A stretch of DNA of 64,000 nucleotides. It comes from an uncultured Erysipelotrichia bacterium (GTDB lineage: Bacteria > Bacillota_I > Bacilli_A > JBKEDG01). The stretch covers positions 40,167-104,166 of the forward strand of contig CAZQIG010000005.1 in NCBI GenBank assembly GCA_964593055.1. The letters are read 5' to 3'. Position numbers and translations under genes: made by a program. This document shows positions 8,505 to 17,606 of the stretch, piece by piece (position 1 is the first letter of the stretch; each line of letters begins with the position of its first letter). Under the pieces are notes generated by a model. That model ran no database searches, was not told where the DNA came from, and saw nothing but the letters and a program-made list of their open reading frames with translations.

Positions 8505-10922
8505 TTATATGAATAAAGTTAAATCTGCTCCACTCGATTCACCAACGTATTTAGCAACACCAGCAAACTCAATTCCTTCGATTAATTCTTCTTCCTTAAT
8601 TCCCATTAAATCCATACTCATCGTACAAGCAATAAACTTGACTCCCATCGCTTGTGCTTGTTTAATCATTTCTGGCAAAGAATTCACATTTTTATCCTTC
8701 ATTCTACTTTTAATCATCGCTGAACCCATTCCTAACATATGCATTTTAGAAAGAGCTAATTTTCTTGCACCACGTGGCATCATAAACCCAAATATTTTTT
8801 CAAAAAATGATTTATCAACAATCGTAAACTCATCTTTACGTAAAACATTTAGTCCCCAAAAAGTAAAGAAAATTGTCATTTGTTTTCCCATCGCTTGTGC
8901 TCCTTGAGCAATAATCATCGTTGCTAGTGCTTTATCTAAATCACCACTAAACATAACAATCGTTCCTTGATCTTTTTCATTAACAACATTGTCGATTCGA
9001 CAACCTTCAACAAAGTTTTTTGTTAATAATGCCTCATAACTTCCATCACTTTGTTTTTTGATATAATTTAATTCATGTCCACATTTTTTAGCCCAAGCAG
9101 TAATATCTTCACAAAAACCATTATCTGTTACTAAAACTTTTAATTGATCTTTCGCATTCAATGATTCCATTTTTTCAAAAGTTTGTGTAATTGGTCCAGG
9201 ACATTGCAAGCCTCTTGCATCTAATACTTCTACATTGATTTCAGACTCTAAGCCTCCACTTGAAAAATTAATAAGCGAAGCTTGTTGATTTTTTTTAACA
9301 GTTCGATATAATTTAATACCACCACTTAAATTATACACTTTTTTATAACCTAAGTTTAATAATATTTTCTGTGCTAAATATCCTCTTAATCCTACTTGAC
9401 AAGTAATATAAATTGGTGTGTCAAAATTAGGAAGCTCATCTAAACGTGTACGTAATTCATTTACAGGAATATTAACAAATTTTTCAATTGCATATAATGA
9501 AAATTCCTCTTCATCTCTCACATCTAACATAAAATTATTTTCTAAAGTAAGCTTTTCTACTTCATGATATTTAAACATTCCTAAATTATCATTTAAAACA
9601 TTTGTCGCTACATACCCTGCAATATTAACAGGATCTTTAGCAGAAGAAAATGGTGGTGCATATGAAAGCTCTAAATCTTCAAGGTCAGCTAAACTTAAAT
9701 TAGCTTTTATAGCAGTAGCGATTACATCAATTCGCTTTTCAACACCAGCAATCCCAATTGCTTGTGCACCTAAAATTTTATAATCACGATTATAAACAAG
9801 CTTAATAGTAATATTGCTTGCCCCTGGATAATAATTAGCATGATTGTTACGATGAACTACTACAGAATCACAAGCAATGCCTAAATCAAAAGCCTGTTTT
9901 TCTGTCAAACCAGTAGCTGCTGCTGTTTTATCAAAAACTTTGATAACACTCGTTCCTAAAGCTCCTTTATAACTAACATCTCTACCAACTAAAATATCAG
10001 CTAATAAACGTGCCTGACGATTAGCAGGTGCTGCAAGTGGCACCATCGTTTGCTCATTTGTAATAATATGGTTTACGCTAATAACATCTCCTATTGCATA
10101 AATATCACCTATATTAGTTTCAAACTTTTCATTTACAACAACTCCACCTCTAGAACTCGTATTAATTCCAGCTTCTTTTGCTAACTTTGAATTAGGCATC
10201 ACACCTAAAGCTAGAATTGTTAAATCTGTTGAAATTTTTTGCCCATTATCTAATATCACATGTTTTTGTTCTACTTTGCTGACAGTAGTTGAAGTCATAA
10301 CATTAATCCCATGTTCTTTTAACTCTATTTCTAATTCGCACGCCATCTCATAATCAAATGTCTTTAAAATATGATCTGCTAGATCTAATAACGTTACATT
10401 CAGTCCTCGCTCTGCCAAATTCTCTGCCATTTCTACACCAATAAATCCCGCACCGATTACTACAGCATTTTGTGGAGATTTTTCACTAATAAAATTATAA
10501 ATCTTATCTGTATCAGGAATATTTCTCAAAGTAAAAGCATTATTAACTTCTTTACTAAGAAACTTAGGAACAATTGGACTTGCTCCTGGTGTGTAAATTA
10601 ATTTATCATATGTCTCATAATAAGTTTCTTTAGTTTGATGATTAAACACTTTTACACTTTTTTCTTGAGGATTAATTTTAGTAACTTCAGAAAAATTACG
10701 AATATCTAAATTATATCTTGAAGATAATCCTTCTACAGTTTGTACTAATAATTTATCACGTTCTGTAATAACTTCTCCTATATAATAAGGTAATCCACAA
10801 TTGGCAAATGCTACATACTCATCTTTTTCAAACATAATAATTTCTAAATCTTCATCTAATCTTCTAAGTCTAGCTGCTGCTGTTGCTCCTCCAGCTACAC
10901 CTCCAATAATAACAATTTTCAT
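8505..10922 (-). CDS. CoA-disulfide/persulfide reductase fused to rhodanese, TusA-like and DsrE-like domains
   Basis: 805 aa. N-terminal GGVAGG FAD loop with redox Cys42 in FANCGLPYY, and a second dinucleotide loop VIGAGFIGVE. Rhodanese active-site loop CQVGLRG (Cys508). TusA motif LDARGLQCPGP (Cys574). C-terminal DsrE/DsrF-like module from about residue 650 (FFTFWGL, FIACTMSM). Confidence 0.85.
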   Translation of the reverse strand: MKIVIIGGVAGGATAAARLRRLDEDLEIIMFEKDEYVAFANCGLPYYIGEVITERDKLLVQTVEGLSSRYNLDIRNFSEVTKINPQEKSVKVFNHQTKETYYETYDKLIYTPGASPIVPKFLSKEVNNAFTLRNIPDTDKIYNFISEKSPQNAVVIGAGFIGVEMAENLAERGLNVTLLDLADHILKTFDYEMACELEIELKEHGINVMTSTTVSKVEQKHVILDNGQKISTDLTILALGVMPNSKLAKEAGINTSSRGGVVVNEKFETNIGDIYAIGDVISVNHIITNEQTMVPLAAPANRQARLLADILVGRDVSYKGALGTSVIKVFDKTAAATGLTEKQAFDLGIACDSVVVHRNNHANYYPGASNITIKLVYNRDYKILGAQAIGIAGVEKRIDVIATAIKANLSLADLEDLELSYAPPFSSAKDPVNIAGYVATNVLNDNLGMFKYHEVEKLTLENNFMLDVRDEEEFSLYAIEKFVNIPVNELRTRLDELPNFDTPIYITCQVGLRGYLAQKILLNLGYKKVYNLSGGIKLYRTVKKNQQASLINFSSGGLESEINVEVLDARGLQCPGPITQTFEKMESLNAKDQLKVLVTDNGFCEDITAWAKKCGHELNYIKKQSDGSYEALLTKNFVEGCRIDNVVNEKDQGTIVMFSGDLDKALATMIIAQGAQAMGKQMTIFFTFWGLNVLRKDEFTIVDKSFFEKIFGFMMPRGARKLALSKMHMLGMGSAMIKSRMKDKNVNSLPEMIKQAQAMGVKFIACTMSMDLMGIKEEELIEGIEFAGVAKYVGESSGADLTLFI

Positions 10923-11236
10923 TTTATTAACTCCTTTAATTTTTTTTGATCTCTGCTTCCTTGTTCATACTTATAAAAAGTTGAAATAATAGGTTCGATT
11001 ATTAAACATCTCTCTTTATAAGATGGATTTAAAAAATAGTATACATGTCGACTGACTTGTCTATTTTTAACCATCTTATTTGCCAACAACTTTTTTAAAT
11101 GCTTTGAAGTATTTGCTTGGCTTAAATTTAAAATACTACAAATTTGACTAACAGTTAGTTCACGTTCATATAAAATTGCAATAATCCTTAGCCTCGTTGG
11201 ATCTGCAAACATATTTAAAACACTGTGTATATCCAT
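10919..11236 (-). CDS. ArsR/SmtB-family transcriptional regulator with two Cys (BigR/SqrR-like layout)
   Basis: ADPTRLRIIAIL...LTVSQICSILNLSQANTSKHLKKL winged-HTH region. Start placed at ATG 11236, 4 nt after GGAGGTG. The longer ORF-track N-terminus would run through the promoter. The stop overlaps the downstream reductase start by 4 nt. Confidence 0.8.
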   Translation of the reverse strand: MDIHSVLNMFADPTRLRIIAILYERELTVSQICSILNLSQANTSKHLKKLLANKMVKNRQVSRHVYYFLNPSYKERCLIIEPIISTFYKYEQGSRDQKKLKELIK

Positions 11237-11250
11237 ATCCACCTCCATAT

Positions 11251-11294
11251 ATAACCAGTCGGTTATATTATAACACAGTTCCTTAAAATAGCAA
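11251..11294 (-). promoter_or_regulatory. promoter TTGCTA-16-TGtTATAAT with adjacent 6-4-6 inverted repeat ATAACC-N4-GGTTAT (putative ArsR operator)
   Basis: Palindrome at 11251-11266, immediately downstream of the -10 (11267-11272) and covering the predicted start site. Confidence 0.55.
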
Positions 11295-11302
11295 TATATA
11301 AG

Positions 11303-11327
11303 TAAAAAAAAAGACAAAAACGTCTTT
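11303..11327 (-). terminator. intrinsic terminator of glpX
   Basis: AAGAC-GUUUUU-GUCUU followed by U9 on the minus strand, 1 nt after the stop. Confidence 0.65.
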
Positions 11328-12356
11328 TTAATTGTTATTTTTAATATATTCAAAAGTTTCTTTCAATTGTGTTGGCTTTAAATCAATAAAATGACCTGAT
11401 GTTATCTTACGAATTGTACGCGTACGTCCTCTAATTAAAAGCGATTGTGTATATAAAATACCATCTTCAACAAATGCCCCTTCTAAAAGATCACCTTTTG
11501 TAATTCCTGTACAAGAAAATACAAAATCTTCTCCCATCACCATATCATTGATTGTTAAAACATCTCCAACTTTAACATGCAATTCTTTTAATAATTCTTC
11601 TTCTATTTTCGTAATCTCTGCACTATCATCATCTTCAGGCCAAACATCAATATAATGAGCAAGTTTACCTTGAATATTACCTCCCAAAGCTTTTAATGCT
11701 GCTGCTGCTATTACTCCTTCTGGCGCTCCACCATAACCATACATAATATCAATATCACTCTTAGGCATACAAGTTTGAACTGCTGTTGCTATATCACCAT
11801 CAGGAAAGTAAAATATTTTTGCTCCAAGTTTACTAACTTCTTCAGCAAAACGCGAATGACGATCGCGCTCTAACATTGCAATACCAGTATCACGCACATT
11901 TTTATTCAGTTTTTTAGCAACTGCCAAAATATTTTCGCTTAAACTCTTATTAATATCTATTACGTCTGCACATTTAGGTCCTACAGCAATTTTTAACATA
12001 TACATGTCTGGGGCTTTCAATAAACACCCTTTCTTAGCTGCTGCTATTACAGAAATAGAATTACTTCTACCAACTGCTACATTGCTTGTCCCATCAACAG
12101 GATCAACTGCAATATCAACGTTAATTCCTCCTGCACCAACTTTTTCACCATTATAAAGCATCGGCGCTTCGTCCATTGCTCCTTCACCAATTACGATTTC
12201 TCCAGCAATTCCAATATCGTTTAACATACTACGCATTGCTTTAACTGCTAGTTCATCAGCCAAGTTTTTGTCACGTAAACCGATAGTTTGATAAGCAGCA
12301 ATTGCTCCACATTCTGTTACTCTTAGAAATTCAAAAACGACAGATCTAATATCCAT
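11328..12356 (-). CDS. glpX: class II fructose-1,6-bisphosphatase
   Basis: 342 aa. RVTECGAIAAYQTIGLRDKNLADELAV N-terminus, DPVDGT metal motif, GGAPEGV. Confidence 0.9.
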   Translation of the reverse strand: MDIRSVVFEFLRVTECGAIAAYQTIGLRDKNLADELAVKAMRSMLNDIGIAGEIVIGEGAMDEAPMLYNGEKVGAGGINVDIAVDPVDGTSNVAVGRSNSISVIAAAKKGCLLKAPDMYMLKIAVGPKCADVIDINKSLSENILAVAKKLNKNVRDTGIAMLERDRHSRFAEEVSKLGAKIFYFPDGDIATAVQTCMPKSDIDIMYGYGGAPEGVIAAAALKALGGNIQGKLAHYIDVWPEDDDSAEITKIEEELLKELHVKVGDVLTINDMVMGEDFVFSCTGITKGDLLEGAFVEDGILYTQSLLIRGRTRTIRKITSGHFIDLKPTQLKETFEYIKNNN

Positions 12357-12440
12357 TATATGACCTCCAAATGTTATATAGCTCTATTATACACAAATTT
12401 TTTTATTTTTACACTATTATTTGAAATAAATATTCATTTG

Positions 12441-13982
12441 CTAAAGGTATTTTTGAAATAGAAAATAACAAAATTCAATTAAGAAAAAGAGTAAGCAATA
12501 AATAATGACAATTAATATCATTAATTCGTAATTAAAACTACTTAAAGATAATTTGAATAAATATCCTAACCCGCCTGCTCCTAAAGTTCCTACTACAACT
12601 GAGCTCTTAATAATTAGTTCATATCGATAAGTATACATACTTACCAACTGCCTTTTTATTTGTGGATAAATCACAAAAACTAGAATATTTAAAGCCGTAA
12701 AATTACGCTTGCTATAGCTTAAAATCATTTCACGATAATTATCATGTAACAAATTATTATACAGTTTCATTTGGACACCTAAATGATGTATTGCTAGTGC
12801 TAACGCCCCTGTAAAAATATTTGGCTTAAAAATAAATAGCAAAATAACCATAATAACTAATTCTGGAATTGACCTTAATGAAATACTGATTAAATTAAAA
12901 AATATTTCTAAAATTTTAGAAGAGTTTTTTATTTTTATAATTACTAAATATAAATATCCCGTTACCCCTATTATTAATAACGTAATACTTAATAATCCTA
13001 ATTGTAATGTTTGTAAAGTATAACTACTAAGCATTTGTAAATTATCTTTACTATAAACTTCACTTTTAAACAACAAAACATTTTTTAGTGCCTTTAAAAG
13101 TTTTTCTAACCCATATAAATTTTTTTCATTGAACAATAATAAAAAATCTGACCAATTAATAATAGTAAAAACTACTAAGCTAATCATAAATATTAAAAAT
13201 GCAATCAATGTTGTTTTAATAATATTTCGCATTGCTACTTGAGTTATTTTTCTACTTAAAAAGTCGATTACGACCATTGTTAAAATTAAAAAATATAGAT
13301 ACGTAAATAATAAACTATAGTTTGAATCACTCAAACTCGTATTGATAAAAAAGCCGATTCCTACAATCCCTATATAACTTAGAACAATTGAAGAACGAAA
13401 AGCACATTCAAATCGATAAATTACATAATCTAGATTATTTTTAAATCCTTTTGGAAAAAGATTGAAAAAGAAATTTGACATATAATCAAATCCACGTTTT
13501 TGGTAATTAATAAAATTAGCGTATACTAAATTATTATAATTATCGGTAAATACTTTAGCTATTACACCACCAAAACTTAAACCGATAGCTAGAACAGCTA
13601 CATAAACATTAAAGCCAAAAATAATCGTTAAAATTAAGACAATAATCAACTCATGTGGAGCACGTAAGCAAATAGCTAATATTTTCCCAAAACGTAGTTT
13701 ACGATATTTTAGACTGAAATAGCTGCATAAAAGTGCAATAAAAACACCGACATTAAGTCCTAAATACGCATAAAATAAAGTATTTATAATTCCTAATAAA
13801 ACATGCTCCATAACTTCTTGATTCAAAACAGGATTTAGCATCCCTACAAAGATTTTTTCTAAATTATTCACAAAATTATCTATAAAAATGTCATTATAAA
13901 TCACATAGTAAATTAAGTTTGCAAAAAATAGTAAAATCACTATAAAAAGAATACTATTTTTTAACTTATTTAAAATAAACAT
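12441..13982 (-). CDS. PhnE-like ABC permease, duplicated/fused (two permease modules)
   Basis: 513 aa and highly hydrophobic, with two similar halves. Overlaps the ATPase gene stop. Operon order is SBP-ATPase-permease. Confidence 0.7.
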   Translation of the reverse strand: MFILNKLKNSILFIVILLFFANLIYYVIYNDIFIDNFVNNLEKIFVGMLNPVLNQEVMEHVLLGIINTLFYAYLGLNVGVFIALLCSYFSLKYRKLRFGKILAICLRAPHELIIVLILTIIFGFNVYVAVLAIGLSFGGVIAKVFTDNYNNLVYANFINYQKRGFDYMSNFFFNLFPKGFKNNLDYVIYRFECAFRSSIVLSYIGIVGIGFFINTSLSDSNYSLLFTYLYFLILTMVVIDFLSRKITQVAMRNIIKTTLIAFLIFMISLVVFTIINWSDFLLLFNEKNLYGLEKLLKALKNVLLFKSEVYSKDNLQMLSSYTLQTLQLGLLSITLLIIGVTGYLYLVIIKIKNSSKILEIFFNLISISLRSIPELVIMVILLFIFKPNIFTGALALAIHHLGVQMKLYNNLLHDNYREMILSYSKRNFTALNILVFVIYPQIKRQLVSMYTYRYELIIKSSVVVGTLGAGGLGYLFKLSLSSFNYELMILIVIIYCLLFFLIEFCYFLFQKYL

Positions 13983-14619
13983 CTAATTCCTCTAAATTCC
14001 TTGTATCTTTAATTATGCGTCCATCTTTAAAAAGTAAAAAACGCTCAAAATGATCTAGTTGCTCCATATCATGTAAAATACACACAACTGTTTTATTTAC
14101 TAGTTTACTACACAAAGTCTCTATTACAAGTTTACGATGTTTAAAGTCAAGTGAAGAAGTTGGTTCATCAAATAGATAAATATCTCCTATCTCATTAAGT
14201 GTTCTCGCTAATAAAACACGCTGTTTTTCTCCACCACTAAGTTCTTTTACTTTTTGATTTTTCAACTTTTGAATTGCAAATAATTTTAAAAGATCATCAC
14301 GATTTTTCATCAAAACACAATATAAGTTTTTAAAGAAGCTTCTGTTTCCAAAAGCTCCCATTAAAACATTAGTATTTACACTATACTCATCTATTAAATC
14401 ACCAAATTGTGTTGCATAAACAATTTTTTTAGAAGTAACAATTTCTCCTTGATAATCAATAATTCCACTAAGAACATTAAAAAAAGTTGTTTTTCCACTA
14501 CCGCTTTGCCCAATAACTGCAACCTTTTCTCCACTTTCTATTTTCAAAAAAGAAACTTTTAAGCAAAAATTACTGTTGAAGTTTACTTCTACATCTTTAA
14601 TTACCATCGTTTTCTTCAA
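13966..14619 (-). CDS. ABC transporter ATP-binding protein (PhnC-like, short)
   Basis: Walker A GQSGSGKTT, signature LSGGEKQRV, Walker B LFDEPTSSLD. The start is ambiguous: TTG 14619 or ATG 14607. Confidence 0.8.
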   Translation of the reverse strand: MKKTMVIKDVEVNFNSNFCLKVSFLKIESGEKVAVIGQSGSGKTTFFNVLSGIIDYQGEIVTSKKIVYATQFGDLIDEYSVNTNVLMGAFGNRSFFKNLYCVLMKNRDDLLKLFAIQKLKNQKVKELSGGEKQRVLLARTLNEIGDIYLFDEPTSSLDFKHRKLVIETLCSKLVNKTVVCILHDMEQLDHFERFLLFKDGRIIKDTRNLEELDVYFK

Positions 14620-15481
14620 TCATCCCTAATTGTAAAGCAACTTCTCTAATACCATTATAATTACTATTTTCTGTAGCAATAAATTTTGTATCATTAAAAA
14701 ATTTAAATAAATCATCATTACTTTCTATATCAATTTCTAGTAAAGCTTTAGTAATTTTTTCATAGCTTTTTTTACCATATAAATCTTCAAATTCTGTTTT
14801 TGGTAAAATCGTAAAGTTATAATCATAGTAATAATCGCTATCTTGCACTAATTTTACTTTTGTTAAATCTACTAAACCTTCTGCAAGATATTTTTCCCAA
14901 ACACTAATATTTAAAGCTCCCCCATCATACGTACCATTCTCGACCAATTCAATCGTACGATCATGGCTTCCCGAATAACCAATTTCACCACTAAAATCTT
15001 TTTCAGGATTCAATCCTGCCTCATTTATAAAAAATCTTGGCATTAAATGACCAGATGTAGAACTTTCTGAACCAAATGTAAATGTCTTATTACGATAGTC
15101 ATTTAAATTATTAATATTACTATTAGTATTAGCAATAAAAACCGATTGAAATTGTTCATCTTTAGGACGTTGAGCTATTGCTTTTGCTCCTTTAACACTT
15201 TCACGTGCTTGAACACCAGTTAATCCTCCAAACCAAGCTAGAGCTATATCTTTTCTAGAGAAACCAGTTACAACAGCACTGTAATCCAATACCTCTTTAT
15301 ATTCAATATTTAACCCTGTTTTTTCACTTAATTGTTTTGCTAATTCATTCATAGCATTATTTAAATCTGTTTGATTTTGATCAGGAATCGCACTAATATA
15401 GATAGTTTTTGAATTATCTGTGCTACACCCCACTAAACTAAATATTAAAACTAAACTCAAAACATACATTATTTTTTTCAT
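14597..15481 (-). CDS. PhnD-family (phosphonate/phosphite-type) ABC substrate-binding lipoprotein
   Basis: Lipobox LVGC at residues 16-19. AWFGGLTGVQA and SSTSGHLMPR segments are typical of PhnD-like binding proteins. Confidence 0.75.
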   Translation of the reverse strand: MKKIMYVLSLVLIFSLVGCSTDNSKTIYISAIPDQNQTDLNNAMNELAKQLSEKTGLNIEYKEVLDYSAVVTGFSRKDIALAWFGGLTGVQARESVKGAKAIAQRPKDEQFQSVFIANTNSNINNLNDYRNKTFTFGSESSTSGHLMPRFFINEAGLNPEKDFSGEIGYSGSHDRTIELVENGTYDGGALNISVWEKYLAEGLVDLTKVKLVQDSDYYYDYNFTILPKTEFEDLYGKKSYEKITKALLEIDIESNDDLFKFFNDTKFIATENSNYNGIREVALQLGMIEENDGN

Positions 15482-15621
15482 TTTATTCTCCTTTACATTT
15501 TCTTCATGTAATGGACTATCTTTTAAAGCTCACAAACCTTGTGAAGCAGACGATAATCACATCATTTTTAAACATTTTCAGTATTTTTCATATTCTATCA
15601 TCTGCTTCACTCCCTTCACGT
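15482..15621 (-). promoter_or_regulatory. structured 5' leader of the PhnD-like operon, with mutually exclusive hairpins and a 7-codon uORF
   Basis: 15-bp stem GUGAAGCAGAUGAUA/UUAUCGUCUGCUUCAC (15541-15610). A competing hairpin UUCACAAGGUUUGUGAG (15529-15546) shares the CUUCAC bases. uORF AUG AUA GAA UAU GAA AAA UAC UGA (15601-15578) sits 8 nt after GGGAG. Confidence 0.4.
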
Positions 15622-15627
15622 AATAAC

Positions 15628-15656
15628 AGTATATGCGATTTAAACTTTTTTTTCAA
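15628..15656 (-). promoter_or_regulatory. promoter TTGAAA-17-TATACT of the PhnD-like operon
   Basis: Hexamers at 15651-15656 and 15628-15633 (reverse complement). Confidence 0.55.
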
Positions 15657-15677
15657 TAAAAAAAAGCCTTATGGCTT
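15656..15677 (-). terminator. intrinsic terminator of the TspO-like gene
   Basis: AAGCC-AUAA-GGCUU followed by U7-8, directly after the stop codon. Confidence 0.6.
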
Positions 15678-16454
15678 TTATTTACGACGTTTTAACGGTC
15701 TAGCTCTTAAAAATCTATACATACTAAATAAAATAATAAAAGTTAAACTAACCATCAAAGTATAAATTATTATCGAATACTTTCCATCATAAATACCCGA
15801 TTCAATATGCTGCATTAAAATTCCTAAAAATGCCCAAATTATCACTGCAGAAAATGCAGAGCCATTTCCCTTAATATTAGCAACAATAGTTAAGAAAGTT
15901 ACAACAATAATCATCAATGATGTCCAACTAGCAGAACTTATTCCAAAAGCTCCCCAATCAATACTTACTAAATAAATGGCAATATTAGCAACAGTTGCTA
16001 CGCAAATCCATGCAAAATATACATTTAAAGGAACTCTAATCGTGTATTTTTCACGCTTATTAACGATGCCTTTATTTACAATATTCGTCATATAAATTAA
16101 TGTCATTAAAATAATGATCATAATAATTAAAGATAACAAAAGCTCTTCATAACTCCAAGCAATTAACCAAAAAATATTTGCTACTGCATTAATAATATAT
16201 GCTATACCTACTTTTTGAAAAAGCCTTTCTTTGGAAGTAAAATTTTTCACATAACTATAAGTAAAAATTGCTAATAAAATATAAATAATACCCCAGATAG
16301 AAAACGTTAACCCAATAGGTGTAAATAATGTTGCATATTTATCTGAAACTTCTCGTGTCGTAGTTGTATTGAAAAAACCAGCAGATGCTAAAATATTTGC
16401 TAAATATACTAGGAGAGTGAAAACTGGTACTAAAACTTTGAGTAATTTTTTCAT
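15678..16454 (-). CDS. TspO/MBR-related tryptophan-rich membrane protein (long form)
   Basis: 258 aa with about 7 TM helices. FTPIGLTFSIWGIIYILL and multiple Trp-containing helices resemble TspO-like proteins. The assignment is tentative. Confidence 0.45.
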   Translation of the reverse strand: MKKLLKVLVPVFTLLVYLANILASAGFFNTTTTREVSDKYATLFTPIGLTFSIWGIIYILLAIFTYSYVKNFTSKERLFQKVGIAYIINAVANIFWLIAWSYEELLLSLIIMIIILMTLIYMTNIVNKGIVNKREKYTIRVPLNVYFAWICVATVANIAIYLVSIDWGAFGISSASWTSLMIIVVTFLTIVANIKGNGSAFSAVIIWAFLGILMQHIESGIYDGKYSIIIYTLMVSLTFIILFSMYRFLRARPLKRRK

Positions 16455-16540
16455 CTTAATTTCCTCCTTAGATTTACTTCTATAACCATATTTTATTTTT
16501 TTTTACAGTATAATTCAAATAATGTACTCAATTTATAAAC

Positions 16541-16573
16541 AATAAAAAAAGAATGTTAATAACCTACATTCTT
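16541..16573 (-). terminator. intrinsic terminator of the SatD-like operon, overlapping its last codons
   Basis: AAGAAUG-(11-nt loop containing the UAA stop)-CAUUCUU followed by UUUUUUAUU. Confidence 0.65.
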
Positions 16574-16855
16574 TTTATGAAAAGCAGCTGGCATCAAACG
16601 ATAAGCAATTTTCTTATCTTTTTTTGTAGTATATCTTGTAGCAATTCTTTTTCCACAGCCCGGACAAATTAATATTTTTGGAAAAGAATCTAGCCTAACA
16701 CTACTTTCGATAATTCGTTCATAATACATCTTTACTAAATTACTTTTACCAACTTTTTGATATCTTGCAAGAAAAGTTTGACAATAAGCACAATTAATTT
16801 CCAAAATATGACTTTTACGGATTTTTTTACAATCGTTGTTTACATAAGCTTTCAT
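16556..16855 (-). CDS. 4-Cys zinc-ribbon protein, function unknown
   Basis: 99 aa. CAYC (22-25) and CPGC (64-67) pairs, basic C-terminal tail. Start is 4 nt after the stop of the upstream membrane-protein gene. Confidence 0.5.
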   Translation of the reverse strand: MKAYVNNDCKKIRKSHILEINCAYCQTFLARYQKVGKSNLVKMYYERIIESSVRLDSFPKILICPGCGKRIATRYTTKKDKKIAYRLMPAAFHKKNVGY

Positions 16856-16859
16856 ATAT

Positions 16860-17606
16860 TTACCAACTATAAATTAAAAAAACATTATTAAACAATAAGA
16901 ATAGTATCAAGACACTTAGCACACTTAGTAGCGTACCAATCAAATAGTAATCTGCTGATAGTTTATTTTTAGTAATTTGATCATATCTAATACCTGTTTT
17001 AATTGCTCCAATAAAGCCAATTACTAAATATTGACCTACTAATAATAACGCAAAAATTGTTAATCTTTCTAAGTAACCAACCATTTTTCCTGATCCACGA
17101 ATATCTTCTTGTTCACTACAATAATTATTTAACTCATACATACTTAAAAAGTTATCAATAAAAATTCCCGTTGGTTTTAAGATTAATAAAAGTACTATTA
17201 AAATTTTAAGAATAGTCAAAAGAATCTTTATCATTAAATCGCTATAAAGTGCAAAATATTGTAAATCATAATAATTAGTATAAATATAAGCTATTATAAT
17301 AATAGTGACTACATGTGACAATTGATCTAAACAAAATGCTCTTAAATCATTTTTATAAGCGATAGTTAATTTTAAATAATCAGTTACATAATGAAACACA
17401 CAAATTATGACAGTAAATACTACTAAATCAAGATTAATTTTAAAAACAATACTCAATCCTAAAAGCATAATAATAAAATGAATTAAAACATGAATCAACT
17501 TTCCTTGCCAATGTTGCTTTTTCTTAATAAGTAGTTTTTCAGATTGAAAATAAAAATCAGCTAATACATGACAAATTAACAACACTACTATTAAACTACT
17601 AAACAC
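16860..17606 (-). CDS. DUF3307-like polytopic membrane protein
   Basis: 248 aa with about 7 TM helices. His/Asp motifs HVLADFYFQS, HVLIHF, HYVTDYLK and DQLSHV. Overlaps the upstream gene by 8 nt. Confidence 0.55.
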   Translation of the reverse strand: MFSSLIVVLLICHVLADFYFQSEKLLIKKKQHWQGKLIHVLIHFIIMLLGLSIVFKINLDLVVFTVIICVFHYVTDYLKLTIAYKNDLRAFCLDQLSHVVTIIIIAYIYTNYYDLQYFALYSDLMIKILLTILKILIVLLLILKPTGIFIDNFLSMYELNNYCSEQEDIRGSGKMVGYLERLTIFALLLVGQYLVIGFIGAIKTGIRYDQITKNKLSADYYLIGTLLSVLSVLILFLLFNNVFLIYSW

